Shown here in pieces: positions 12,742 through 26,500 of a DNA stretch of 64,000 nt. Source of the DNA: Octopus bimaculoides (Eukaryota). Below the pieces are notes generated by a model that was given only the letters and a program-made list of their open reading frames with translations, had not been told where the DNA came from and searched no databases. Each line of letters starts with the position of its first letter. The first letter of the stretch is position 1. The position numbers and the translations under genes are program-made. The stretch is taken from contig NC_068989.1 of assembly GCF_001194135.2 (NCBI RefSeq), positions 59,005,701 through 59,069,700 on the forward strand, read 5' to 3'.

Positions 12742-14015
12742 TGTTCATACACGCACATATTCACACACACACATTGAGGAACATCAAGATATGTAAGTAT
12801 TCAATTAGAATTCTATGTATATTTTAGGTTGTATACGTGTGTATGTGCATATGTATATATGTGTGTGCGCGCGTTTACAAAGCATTTATATGGAACAAAA
12901 CGGGTGGGAATATGTGTGAAGGTATTTAAATAGAAGAAAGGCACTCCTCGTTGTTTTTCTGGTAGATGTTGCTTAAGTATAATCGAAATTAGAATTGTTG
13001 AGCATACAATGCAAACAAAACGGTGGTCCGGTTTCGAATCTCGGTCACAATGGCTTTAATTATTCATTTACTAAAGCCACATAAATTTCAAGCCTCTGGT
13101 ATACACACACGCAAACACATATATATATAAAGAAATACATACCCGTGCACACACGCTCGCGCGCACACACACGCATGCACACAACATTTTGTTTGCATGA
13201 AGCGACTAGTTCAGTTTCGGTTCAGAATTTGGTTCTTGAATGTGAGTATATGGTAGGATTCATTACTACAAAATTAGCAGGCTTTGTTGTTAACTTGGTG
13301 TAGTTGTGCGTTTGAAAGTATTTTTCATCTGATGCTAGTAGAAGTATTTTAAATTTAGATGTTCATATACGTTTGGCTACTTATATATCATTTTCTTATT
13401 TCGGTTAAAAAAAGTGTGCGTGTGATGGTTGTATTGTGTCTTGAACCAGTTCGCTTTAAACTTTATACATGTAGATGGCACTTGGTGTCGTGTTCGTGGT
13501 TACTATTACGCTATAGACAATTTTACTTGAGAGACAGTTTCTTTCAAGAGGACAGGATAAAGGTGTTCTACAATTGCAATTGTTATTATGTGTGTAATTT
13601 AAGCTGTTGCTTTTTGAGAAGTTTTGGTGGTTGGAATTGGCTACAGTTTTTCAAAGTTGTTGGATGTTGAATATAACAAGTTTCTGTTGCATTTGTTTAT
13701 TAGTTTGAAGTAATTATGGTCGGGATGGAAGTGTAGTAATTTGAAAAATGATTTAGCTATTGGTGTGGAGGCTAAACCAGATTATTTTACTTTTACTTTT
13801 CTATTTTTTTATTTATTCTGGGAGGTTTGTTGTTTACATATCATGATGTAGATAACTCTTTCAGTCTTCAGGTGACTTTAGGTCTTTCATGTCAGCTAAC
13901 TTTTTCTCTACAGTTTCAATCTTATGCACTCCCATGCTGTTGACTGTTCAGCAATACATAAAGCTCTTCCTGAAAAAAGGAGACATAAAAATCGTCAAAT
14001 TTAGCCCGAATACAC

Positions 14016-14047
<32 letters not shown>

Positions 14048-14063
14048 GTATATATATATAAAG

Positions 14064-15117
14064 TTAGATAAGGCCGGTTTATGGGATTGCCCTGGGTTTC
14101 ACGTCCATAAAGCGCTTAGCCAAATGAGAGGCTAACAAACATCAACATAGCCTTCTGTCACCCACCCATTGTGTTCAAAAACCTGGTGAAGGGTGTTAGC
14201 AAGAGGATCTCGAACCTTTCCTCCAGCCAAGTGATTTTTGATGCAGTAGCCCTCTACTATAACGAGGCTGTATCTGCTAGCAGATTTAAGAACCGTATCT
14301 CCTACATGCCGGGCTCCAACATCCGTAGACGGAAGCGTCGCAGAAATGTCATTTGGTTTCCCTCCCGCTTCTCTATTAAAGTATAAAAAAACATCTGTAG
14401 GTAAGATATTCCTTACGTTAATAGACAGCCATTCCTCACGTTCACATAGGTACGGACGCATTTTCAATAGGTACAACATTAAGGTCTCTTTTAGTTGTTC
14501 CCCCAATATTAAGAGCATTCTAGTTAGCATCGCTTGACCACGAGCGGAGGCAGGATGCTCATGCAGGGAAGCTCATCAGGCAGGATGCTAATCCCTGCAG
14601 AATGCTCATGCAAGGACCGCAACAGATGCCCAGTGAGAGGCTACTGCGAAACCAAGGGAATCATCTATGAAGCTGATGTACTGGCTGACCCTAATAGCAG
14701 CAGCAACAGCAGCAACTTTCCCATCGGCTACTACAATAGCAGGGTTGACAGTACCAATAGTAGCAGCAGCAGAGACACGACCAGAACCAGCGGCAGCACC
14801 ATCGCCAACGATAACAACAATAACAACATCAACGACAACAATGGCAGTATCCCTAACGAAATAGCAACAGAAAGATCGCCAATGATATATATAACAACAG
14901 TGACAGCGCCTCCATCAACGACGATTACCATAACAACAACAGCACCATTACCAACACCAGTAGTTATGGCACTAACACCATTGCCACTTCCAATGACGCC
15001 AACACCAACAGCACTAGTATCAACAAAAGCAGTAGCTGGGATCCGATGATACGCTGTAAAGATAAGCGCTTTATGAGCGTGAAACTCAGGGTAACCCCAT
15101 AAACCAGCCTTATCTAA
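14064..15117 (+). mobile_element. Penelope-like retroelement fragment (RT thumb, linker, Cys cluster, start of GIY-YIG) flanked by inverted pLTR pieces
   Basis: CHPPIVFKNLVKGVSKRISNLSS, RNVIWF, VGKIFLTLID..IFNRYNIKVSFSC, CSCKDRNRCPVRGYC..GIIYEADV; 14064-14118 is the inverted copy of 15063-15117. Confidence 0.85.
15038..15098 (+). ncRNA. Type I hammerhead motif with long stem II (PLE pLTR, family A)
   Basis: GGGAU-CCGAUGA-U-ACGCU GUAAAG(AUAAGCG)CUUUAU G AGCGU-GAA-ACU(CAG)GGU-A-ACCCC; one core change (U4C). Confidence 0.65.
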
Positions 15118-15328
15118 TTTAATATAATATACTGCTCTACAACTTAGTGTGTGCTTCTTTTTCTGATACATGTTTTACCGACGATATATATATATATATA
15201 TATATATATTATTCTACTTGGGGATGGTCATATTGCCAGTTTAGCCAATAAAGACATACGCACTGTATATTTGGTGTTAATTTGCTTCAGCTTTATATTA
15301 CATTACATTATATTAATCCTATTTCGGC

Positions 15329-15366
15329 CAGAGTTCTTTCGTCACACTTATGTGACCTCATCAATG
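15329..15366 (-). ncRNA. Minimal hammerhead-like motif (separate family)
   Basis: CA-UUGAUGA-G-GUCAC(AUAAGU)GUGAC-GAA-AG(AA)CU-C-UG; C3U change and only 2 bp of stem I. Confidence 0.5.
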
Positions 15367-16235
15367 TTAGAAGCAGCTTTATAATGTAAACATTATGAAT
15401 GTCACATACTTAAAGTATGTGCGCTGTCGAACGCTTTTTGGCTGCGGAATAGCATCCATGGAAATTTCCTTTAAAAAGGTAGAGTGCTAAAAGAACAAAC
15501 AAAGTATGCTTGAAAGCCAAGTAAAACCAATCGCCCCAGAGATAATTGAGAACGACAGATATGAATATTTCGCAGTTTTTTCTGCTCGTCGGTGCCATAT
15601 ACTCGGTTTACTCTCAATGAATTCGAATCGCGATAAATTTGATACTTTCTCATGTTGTTAGATCTTCATCAGAGAAAACATTGTCATTATCTATTCACGG
15701 AAAGTTGATTAGTTTCTGGTAATTTATTAAACTAAATACATCCGTTTAATTCATAGTGCATGCGATGACAACGTGGATTAATTAATTAATAGTTTATTAT
15801 AAAGTGTTCTCTTTGTTTTTCGTTTTTGATAAATTGAACTATAATCAATCTATATTGTCGCTGATTACAGTTAAAACAACTAGACAAGCAGTATAATTCT
15901 GTTGGAGTTGTGACTTGCAGTCGATAACCAATAAAGATAATGTTCTACAATGGAAGCTGCATAGACAGCAGGGGAAAGAACCTGCTTCAGTGTGAGTTAA
16001 AAAAATACTTGTGGCTTCTCCGGTAGCATTAGTAATGCACAGCACCTCATGAGTTAGTGGTACGGTAAAAATTTGTCAACATCATTGCAATCTTCAGTTG
16101 ACAAATGATGAAGAGAATGTCCCATAGTACTAACTGTAATAAAATATATTGGATTATGAAATAACGTAACCTGCTGTTGAAATAGTATCAAGATGAATGC
16201 TTTCCACATACTCTCTACACATTTGTATTCACGGT

Positions 16236-16435
16236 GCAGGCATGGCTATGGGGTTAAGAAGCTCACTTTGCAAACAAGTGGTTTTGGTTTCAGTCCCATC
16301 GTGCGGCACCTTGGGCAAGTGTCTTCTATAGTTTCGGGCCAATCCAAGCCTTGTGAGTGAATACGGTAAACAGAAATTGTGTGGAAGCCCATTATATATA
16401 TATATATGTGTGTGTATGTGTGCGTGCGTGTGTGT

Positions 16436-16476
<41 letters not shown>

Positions 16477-16714
16477 CGTACGTGTGTGCGTACGTGCGCG
16501 TGTGTGTGTGACTTTGTATTCGTGTTTGTCCCCACTATCACTTGAATGCTGGAATTAGTTCGTTTACTTTTCCGTAACTAAGCGGTTGGGTAAAAAACAC
16601 CGATAGAATAAGTACCAGACTTAAAAGGTAAGTACTAGGGTTGATTTATTTGACTAAACCCTTCAACGTGGTACCCCAGCATGGCCGGGGTCAAATGACT
16701 GAAACAAGTAAAGA
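16236..16714 (+). mobile_element. SINE family 1, full length, internal (GT)n
   Basis: Head with CCTTGGGCAAGTGTCTTC, microsatellite, and tail ending GACTGAAACAAGTAAAGA. Confidence 0.85.
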
Positions 16715-19700
16715 TTTAAAAAAAAAGATGAAGATGAATAATGTTAAATCATAAGATTTTTCACCAAGCATTACTTGATCCATTCATCCACAGAAGCGTG
16801 AAGATGAACTTCCTAAAACCTTAATTTCCTTACGAATACAAGTTGGATGGCTTCTAGTAATTTCTGTCAACAATCGTTTCAAGAAATCTTAATCAATTAA
16901 GAGCTTGTTCACAGCATAAAAAGAATCAAAAATTTAATTGAAGTACACGTTTAACACGTGTGTAACTCTTGTGAAGTTTAAACGAGACGAGATTTTCCAT
17001 TTCGTCGTAAAGGAAAACATCTATTCATTCATAAAATGGCATATTTTTGTGAAATGAAAAGGAATAGTACAACTGTTTCGTGTGTATTTACTCCTAACCG
17101 TTAACTATTTATTAACTCCTAAGTGTTTGAAGACTGTAGTGAATGAACTTTTGAAGTGGGAGCTGGCAGTCATTGAACCATTGATAAGATCGCTTAGATG
17201 GTGATGTCATTGAATTTTCAGTACGACAAAACCACATGTATGTTGTCTGTTTGGACAACTTTTTGATTGTCACTACTGTCACAGTAGATCCCTCTCCCAC
17301 TTTTTACTTTAATTTGGGCCAAGTGTAAACAATGACATCTACTGAAATATCTCTCTCGTATCTATTGCAAATACAGTTTCTAAAGAATATTAAGTGTGTT
17401 TATTGTATATAAATTAATATTATTACTGTGTATAAATGTTAATTTAATGTTATTTATTGTCATGAACGTAGACTATATTATACAATGATATATAATTCTT
17501 ATTTTTGTTTCTTCTCATTCGTGAATTTCTGTTAGACTACACCGTATCATTTTGGATTAGTAATAGTGTGAGTGGCAAATAATATAATGATAATGCATAC
17601 ATACATACATACATACATATATGTATATGTATATGTATATATGTACTCGGCTACACTAATATAGAATTAAATATTATAGAATTAATCTAGGAGTAAACGG
17701 AGAATGAATGTTTATATTTAAACCAAATGGGAATTCAGATTTAAAAAATAACATATGAGAGAGTCATAAGTACCCAGGAGGTGTTCACATTTGATTGTTT
17801 TTCATATGTCCTGTGTGTCTGCATAAAAACTGAAATGTTTTCAGTATAAACATATACGTGCATACTCATTTACATACAGATGACAAGGAGAAAAAAAGAG
17901 AAAAAAAAAACATATAATGTACTGGAGTGAATTCTTCATACAATAAAAGTGATTATGTGACATTCACTTCAGGTACATGTCCCTAGAACAGTTTTACAAT
18001 AGAATTTATTGAATGTAGGTGGTGTGTTACAGGGTAAGCATTTTGTAATGTATACAGACACTGGAGGCTTGTGGTCTCAGGACACATAATGTTATCTTTG
18101 AAAATATTGTTGTTGTCAAGCTGTAGATTATGAAATGGTAGAAATAAGAAAATGAGAAATTAATAGAGTATTTATAGATTTCATTCTTCTGTGTCAACAA
18201 CATACTGTTGGTGGATGGCAGAAGCGCTATAGCGTCGATTTCAATGTTTTGCACTATTGTTCCTTAACGCCCAAAGTTCAATAGAGTCCATAATATGAAG
18301 CACTAATGAAATCGTGGTACACGGAATAATCAAAAATATTCGACTGTCTCGCTCTTGAAATTGGTATTCGTGTATTGTTGTTAATTTGTTATACATTGGA
18401 AAGTATTGCAATGGAAAGTAAACTCCCATCAAATCAAAATTCTAATTTCGCTTAAAATCTCTTCGTTAAAGTTTTAATAAAAAGAAAAATGATATTAAAA
18501 ATTATAACTTACTTTGTCAAATTTATCCACGTCTTTGTAAGAAATAAGATGATTTAAAAGTAAATTTAAACCATTTAAAACTTTGATTTAAGTTTAAGAT
18601 TTAAATTTTAAAGTCAGAAAATATTCGTAATAGTCGGAAGTGTTTTCAATGATGCTGAGCTAGAATTACAAAACAGAGGTAACTTTGTGAATTATGTCTC
18701 TCAATACTGTTTAGTAATACTGTTAGTAATAAAATACTGCTAACTCAAATGGATTTTTAATTTAGGTATGTTTGTGAATAGTTTTATTCCAAATGATGGC
18801 TGAGTTAGATAGTGATAATTTAGAGGGGTTTTTTCTTTTAATGAAGATTCTGTGTTTTTATCGAGGGTAAACTGAAATGATAGAAGTGTTTCTGTGAATT
18901 AAACTATGCCAATTGATTCTCTTGTAACAACATTTATAGTTTCATAATAAATGCAGGGACAACGCCCAATATACATGCAGATAGTTGTAATAGCAAGAAA
19001 ATTGACATCAACTAATACAACCACGTGTTTCACTAGAATCAATGTATAACCATTATGGAAATACTTGCTTTATCATATTTCTTTAGTTAAATGAGTCATA
19101 ATATAAATAAAACATTTTAAGCTAAGCTCTCTCTATTAGGTTTTCAATATTAGCTACTAACATTCTAAGTTAACATAATTTGAGTGGTTTTACTGTTTCT
19201 GCACCGCCAAAAAATGTGAATGTGATGCCTGAGGCTGTGTCATAATTGGCAATCAGTAGAATTAGGAACAGGATTGGCCTGCGCTCTGAAAGTTCATGGA
19301 TTAGGGTGGGAGAAACAATATTGTAAGCGGTATTGAATTTTGTCCATTTACTTCCTGAATTAAAACCATACATTTGTAGACTTAATTTTCATCACCTTGC
19401 AATCGATAAAATAGGTAACCGGTGTACTGCGGGTCGATTTAAGATTGTGTCTAACTCTTCAAATTGTGCCACTTCGATAAACTAATAATTTCGTCTTCGT
19501 CTGATTTGCCAAGAATAACCTACATGTACAAACTGGCTCAGTGGCTCAGAGATGTTGGTTGTACTTATACGGTTTTATTTCCTTTCAGTAGACGACTAAG
19601 ATGAAGTTAAAACGACAAAATTTAATTTAGGAATTAATGGAGCAGCGAATTTAAGTTTTTGGATTCTGAATCAGTGTATGATAGATTCCCCAAGCGCTGA

Positions 19701-20383
19701 AATTAATATAAAAAAAAGCAACAAAAAAAAAAATTACTATTGGTTTGTACCAGAACGTTTTCTAAAAACCTACTGAATGTATTATAAAATTGTAATCTAA
19801 TACCAGGAGGTGTAACAGTATAGATAATCTTTACATGGGATCGGTCTATTTTATGTTCGTTTTGAAGACTGATGTCAATTGACAAATCGTAGGCAGGGCG
19901 AACACTCAAAAAAGTTTCAGTACTGTGTTGGAGGGAGAGAAAGATTGGTCAAATGTCTAGTACAGGATCTAATCAGGCTGTAAAGTAGGCTTAGCGCTAG
20001 GAATACACGGCTTAATAGAGAGGAATTGGAAAAATTCTAATAATCATAGTAAAGACAGAAAGACATCAGAGGAGCGCTTTAGAAGCTTAGGGTTGTAATG
20101 GGCTGATGAGTGAGGTTTTGCCAATCATAAGTGTAACTTTTTTTTAGGATACAATCTAAAGCGTTGACTGTGTACCGACTCCACTTCTTCATATCTATTA
20201 GCTGTATTCTAAAGTGTGTGTTGTGGGAACAATGAATTTTGCAGAGAGACATCAAACGATTTGGAAAGGAAGCCTAATATTTGGGGCAGTGAGTTATCTA
20301 TGATATATATATGTGTCAAAGTCGAAACATAGATAGAGAGAGGAGGAGGAAGAGGAGAGAGATAGAGAGAGAGAGAGAAAGTT

Positions 20384-20426
<43 letters not shown>

Positions 20427-21202
20427 AGGGAAGTAAGAGACTGTATTAGGAACATACTATGTCATAGTATTCGTAGCAGAAACTCAGGCACGACCTCTTC
20501 TAGGTTGCACTAATCAATAAAATGTGAACATTTCGTACATTTTTATTCAAGATAAAATTGGGATAAAATCGAGTAGGAAATATAATTTTGCCTTTAGTTA
20601 TTGTTTATGGGAATATCTTGAGTAAGGAGTATAGAGTAATAGGATGGTGAAAAACTGATGAGCATCCCCACACATGGGATCAGTATACCTCTTTGCAGTT
20701 TGAATGAGTAGACCATTTACAGATTGTACCCTGCATGCAAACAATATTTTAATCTCCTGAAATCATCTTGCAGGAAATATAATGACAGGTGAATGCCTCT
20801 CAATGGCGATGCTGGCTGATAGGCGGAATGTTGGCGACTAATTAATGCAACTTGAAGTAGTAGATTGCTTAAGTGAGCGGTAGGTGCTCTACGGTTGCTG
20901 TTATTGTTGTTGTGAAGCACCAGGTTCGCTTTGATCGAGCAGACGAATGACACGTAGTGAATCGACTGAAAGACTAGATACAACTTATCTTTAGTTTTTT
21001 TTCCCCTTATAAACATAATTGAGGACCATATTGCACCTTCCGGTTTACATTGAGGAATCTTAAGGATGTTTTTTGTGCTCTTAATATTCTGCAATCGATT
21101 TCTGTATCTGCATATCCAGAGGAGGCGATAAAATCATGACAGATCCTTGATATAGCTCTGCACTTATAGTTGGTGTTGTCCTTAATGTTCGCCGTGCTTG
21201 AG

Positions 21203-21257
<55 letters not shown>

Positions 21258-22403
21258 GCGAGAGAGAATGTGGCTTTAGCAAGCGGTTGTAGTAATTTTC
21301 TGGAGCGTTGTCTGTGGATTGTTATTGCTTAGCCCCAGGCCAGTCCTGGCCGAGCATATCTACGATTCACTTTTACCAATGAAGTTTTCTATGATATAAA
21401 TTCAATATTTGCGACAGTGAACAACTGTTCTATACGATGAATGAATCTCTAACAGCTTGGTGGACATATGTGGGTCTTTTATATTGACGGTTATAGCAGT
21501 TAAATGGTAAACCGTTGGGCTATATATTTCAAATAAACAATGAGAATTCCTCTTGAATAAAAATAATATTTCATCCACTTGCCAATTCCATATTTTATAG
21601 AAGCAAATTTCTATATGTGCATTAGTTTTCAGAATAATGATTGTATAAAATGAGAATTTATTCATCATCCTAAACTTATTTGTCACTTTTGATTGTCATA
21701 TGTTAAGGTCAATTAACAATCTTCATTTATCAAGCTGTTGTGTGAGAAATATGTTATCCCCATCCCATTGTACTGTAGCTGATTAGCGATTTCGATTCCC
21801 CAGAAAGATGTCGGAGCTAAACTCCCAACTTACTTCTAGAAAAGGGATTATCTTTGTATCAAACCAACTTCAAGTGTTTCTTAAGGACATGCCACCTCAC
21901 CAGCTGCCCATCTTCATTAATTTAACTTGTTCCTTTTTCCATTGTATAGTTATATTCATACTCTATGAATATCACATCATGTCCTTTCTTTTCACCGGTG
22001 TCCACTTAGAATCGACACAATTAGAAAGTCGTATTGTAGAAGGCACCATTGAATTCCAACCATGAATGAGAATTATTATTCTTTAATTCTTTAAATAGGG
22101 TTTCATTTTACCTTGGCACATCAAAGTTTAATTTTGGTGAGTCAGTTTCAGTTACGAAAGAAACCAGTTTCTTATTTACACAGGCAATTCCTAGAAGTTT
22201 GTTTCAGGCTAACAGTTTACCATTTAATATCTCTGCTTTGCTCGCAGACGACAAAGATAAGCGATTTCGCAATTGGGCTTTCATTTCCGTTATTTTCTCA
22301 TTTTACGTTTTGATAGCAAGTTTCATCCTATATTTTGACGACAGTAATTGGTTTAGGACATCCCCAACATCAGCTTCTAGCAGTATTATATTCCTCGAGT
22401 TAC

Positions 22404-22453
22404 TTTGATTTCTTGAAAACATTCATCATTATTTCTCCATCTCTCCTCAATTG
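22404..22453 (-). CDS. Candidate exon (phase 1-0)
   Basis: tgttgtctgttacag acceptor and AAA|gtaact donor; (A)IEERWRNNDECFQEIK, in phase with 22537-22595 across an 83-nt intron. Confidence 0.3.
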
Positions 22454-22536
22454 CTGTAACAGACAACACAGGCAAAATCAAAGTCTTGCTATTTTTAGAA
22501 CAAGCTTCATGAATGAATGTAATAAAGTAGTTTTAC

Positions 22537-22595
22537 CTGCGTCTTGCTCAGTAATTTCGAAATAGAAAACTAAGGCTTTCTGTTTCTTCGCCGAA
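22537..22595 (-). CDS. Candidate exon (phase 2-1)
   Basis: Strong acceptor ttattttcctttcag and donor CAG|gtaaaa; only one frame is open: SAKKQKALVFYFEITEQDA. Confidence 0.35.
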
Positions 22596-23232
22596 CTGAA
22601 AGGAAAATAACGAAAACTTATAAAGGATAGAATAGTCACGCGATAAAGTAGTCACTTGTTATAAAGTTAAATTTGTGTAAAAATACATTTATTTTTCTTT
22701 TGAAGTTTACAACTTCTATACTTTCACAAGGATATTTCTTCTTATTCGTGTTAAATTAAATTACTGTATTAATAAATAATCTCAATTAAAAAGAAAGATG
22801 ATGTAAATTCTATTTTATAGAACAAAATTTGTAGGCTCTTAGCAATTTCAGTTACTAATTTAAATTAACTCGCTCCTCTTATGCCGCTATTGACTTTATG
22901 AACAATCACGTTATCACAATGTCTCACTAAAATATATTTATCTCGTTTCAAAATAAGATTTCTTACATAGCCACGAAACTAAGATTTTGAAGTGGGAAGA
23001 AACAATCAGTTGAGTTGACCCAGCACTTGACTAGTACTTTATTTTATCGATCCCAGAAAGGGAAAACGATAAACAAAGACAACCCTCAACGTCATTTGAA
23101 CGTACAAAATAATATCGAGGGCAAGGCTACAAAACATTTTCTCCAACGTTCTAATGATCGTGCCAACTTACAGGATGGCATATAGTTGCATTTTATAAAA
23201 TTCCTCACATATTTAATATTTCCATTTTTCCA

Positions 23233-23648
23233 AGGCGGCGAGCTGGCAGAAACGTTAGCACGCCGGACGAAATGCTTAGCAGTATTTCGCCTGCCGTTAC
23301 GTTCTGAGTTCAAATTCCGCCGAGGTCGACTTTGCCTTTCATCCTTTCGGGGTCGATAAATTAAGTACCAGTTACGTACTGGGGTCGATGTAATCGGCTT
23401 AATCCCTTTGTCTGTCCTTGTTTGTCCCCTTTATGTTTAGCCTCTTGTGGGCAATAAAGAAGTAAGAAACCTCGTTGGGTGAAATGCTTAGCGGTATTTC
23501 GTCTGTCTTTATGTTCTGAGTTCAAATTCCGCCGACGTCGACTTTGCCTTTCGGGGTTGATAAATTAAGTATTAGTTACATACTTGGGTCGATGTAATCG
23601 ACTGGCACCCTCCCCCAAAATTTCGGGTCTTGTGCCTAGAGTAGAAAA
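23233..23648 (+). mobile_element. Two tandem SINE family 2 copies (one full, one 5'-truncated) with different tails
   Basis: GAAATGCTTAGC..GAGTTCAAATTCCGCC..GTCGACTTTGCCTTTC occurs twice. Confidence 0.85.
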
Positions 23649-25329
23649 CAATATTTTCTTTTTCACAAAAGTTAAATCTCGTTTATGGAAGGAGAGACAC
23701 AAATCCTTGTAAATTTGCCTCATTACGTTCCTATTTCTTTTAGCAGTATTCAAACAATGAACCGAGAACCATGGTGAACTATTAATGCTGAATATATTAA
23801 AAATATATGTTCGTCCTCACGTCTTTCTGCAGAATTGCTTCAGACCTTTTCTTTCGTTAATGATTTCATTTAATTTAATCTATTAACTTTTAGTATTTAT
23901 TTTAAAATGTCAACGATACATTTGACACAATATATATTGTAAACTTTTTATAAATATATAAGAAATTTTACCACTTAACAAACATAGAACTCTGGGAGAT
24001 GCATGAGCATCATACCTTCTTATTTCTTTTCTTACATAACCACAAGTTTTCATTTCTCGAACTTTGCAAAATGGTAGCAACAGGCGAGCTGAAATCTTGC
24101 TGTTTTTGATTTCCAGTTGAAATTAGGTTACCTCATTTAGTCTGTTTAAAGCTGTTAGGAATGGCACGAACATCACAACTGCTATTTTATCCATAAATAT
24201 TTTAAAAGGATTATAAGAAACAAATATTTGGCAAAAATATGTTTGAGTGTCGCATCGCATGAAATTAGCTTCCGGTGATCATTCCACTGATGATGTCCTT
24301 GGGAAATGCTTGAGTGTTTCAGCATCCTGTTTTGTACGCCGATAAGTTTATAGCCTCTTGATTAAAGAAGAAATCAATATTTTGTCTGAAAAAAATTGCG
24401 AAACACTAAGAAATATATTCAAAACCTGAGCTAATTCGGCTGTTTAGGCGGCGTCAAGGATGTAGAAATGCAAGACAGGAATTTCCTGTTTGTTATCTTT
24501 TGCATAATATTTGAGATGTTGGGAGAAAGGAGATATGGTGTAATTTTGTCGGGTCTTAAGTGTCTTCTTTCTTTGCTAAGAGAAAATATATTATGAAGGC
24601 AAGGAATTATTTGACACACATTAGGAATAAATATCAAGCAGACCAAGAGACAGTGGTCAACACAGGAATTTCAGGACACTTTGGTATCAGCGCTTACAAC
24701 TAATATCATTGGGTGAGACACTTTTGAAGATATTTATCCATTGAATATTTGATGTGTAAAAGTTAAAACTTGGGTATATTATTATTAACGAAGTATATGG
24801 TGATTCTACAGAAAAAATGAAACTGGAAGAAAGAAATAGATTACAAGTAATGGTTTTACCGGAGGCCAGTGTGACTTGCACAATAGTGTGATTTCTTTCA
24901 GAATTTTAACGGAGATACGTTTATAATTGACCAGAAGGCATGGCTAGTTACATAGGAGTGGTATAAGACTGTAAAGATTTGTGTAATCATTTAGTAAATA
25001 TACACCGTGATAAACCAACAACTATCCCATATGTATATCATTGCAAACATTTTGTTTTAATAGCAAAAGTGTTTATTTTATTTTTTTGTTTAATTTCTAT
25101 GAACCTCGAATATAAATATCTCACCAGAAAAATCTGATCTAACTTGCGGTTTTCACATTTACTTACAGCTAGAACGATCAAAAGAGTCAGCTAAAGAACC
25201 ATACACTGTAGGCATTCACACAAACAGCTAACGTGTTTGTGTGTGTGTATGCGCGCGCGTGTTTGTGTGCAACTGTGCGTGTGTGTGTATGTATGTCTCT
25301 ATATATAGATATGCCTACACATCTATATA

Positions 25330-26099
25330 NNNNNNNNNNNNNNNNNNNNNNNNNNNNNNNNNNNNNNNNNNNNNNNNNNNNNNNNNNNNNNNNNNNNNNN
25401 NNNNNNNNNNNNNNNNNNNNNNNNNNNNNNNNNNNNNNNNNNNNNNNNNNNNNNNNNNNNNNNNNNNNNNNNNNNNNNNNNNNNNNNNNNNNNNNNNNNN
25501 NNNNNNNNNNNNNNNNNNNNNNNNNNNNNNNNNNNNNNNNNNNNNNNNNNNNNNNNNNNNNNNNNNNNNNNNNNNNNNNNNNNNNNNNNNNNNNNNNNNN
25601 NNNNNNNNNNNNNNNNNNNNNNNNNNNNNNNNNNNNNNNNNNNNNNNNNNNNNNNNNNNNNNNNNNNNNNNNNNNNNNNNNNNNNNNNNNNNNNNNNNNN
25701 NNNNNNNNNNNNNNNNNNNNNNNNNNNNNNNNNNNNNNNNNNNNNNNNNNNNNNNNNNNNNNNNNNNNNNNNNNNNNNNNNNNNNNNNNNNNNNNNNNNN
25801 NNNNNNNNNNNNNNNNNNNNNNNNNNNNNNNNNNNNNNNNNNNNNNNNNNNNNNNNNNNNNNNNNNNNNNNNNNNNNNNNNNNNNNNNNNNNNNNNNNNN
25901 NNNNNNNNNNNNNNNNNNNNNNNNNNNNNNNNNNNNNNNNNNNNNNNNNNNNNNNNNNNNNNNNNNNNNNNNNNNNNNNNNNNNNNNNNNNNNNNNNNNN
26001 NNNNNNNNNNNNNNNNNNNNNNNNNNNNNNNNNNNNNNNNNNNNNNNNNNNNNNNNNNNNNNNNNNNNNNNNNNNNNNNNNNNNNNNNNNNNNNNNNNN
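25330..26099. other. Assembly gap (largest; others at 2442-2503, 34674-34878, 38488-38518, 44221-44644, 45510-45812, 56248-56652, 57649-58207)
   Basis: N runs, mostly bordered by microsatellites. Confidence 0.99.
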
Positions 26100-26284
26100 A
26101 TATATGCATACATACATACATACATACATGCATACATACATACACACATACATTCATGCGCGCGCACACACACACACATACACACATATATATGTATGTA
26201 TATATCTTAGTGGATAATATATTCGAAAAAGAAGCTCACTCTTACAGTTGGAGCAGTAAAGTATTTACATGAAGTTAAATATGC

Positions 26285-26500
26285 GCCCGGTCATAGAGTG
26301 TCCAAGGGTTTCGTATCCATAAAGCGCTTAGCTTTATAGACAACTCGTCAGACACCAATGGCTGCGGGCATGTAACCTCTCTTCAACCTAGAGGCAGGAA
26401 ACTGTTACGGTCAGTTAATTTGCAAATCAAAGAATAATATACAATTTGAGACTTAAACGGGATAGGTTAGCGCCCTTAGATCGTTCCGCTTGTGCGGCAC
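26285..26500 (-). mobile_element. PLE pLTR-like fragment (family B) with degenerate hammerhead at 26296-26356
   Basis: Reverse complement aligns by eye with 30090-30290; contains CUGACGA, a long stem II and GAAAC. Confidence 0.6.

Noticed and set aside
14600-14650. Selenocysteine recoding in the PLE Cys cluster
   Set aside because: All four Cys codons are TGC; the second copy also has no TGA at these positions.
17112-21282. Ig-like-looking peptides (TIKKLSKQTTYMWFCRTEN; NIKDNTNYKCRAIS)
   Set aside because: No matching first Cys/Trp strands and no convincing splice boundaries.
22505-22545. P-loop-like AGKTTLL on the minus strand
   Set aside because: It lacks the first Gly of GxxxxGKT, crosses a good splice donor and stops 13 codons later.
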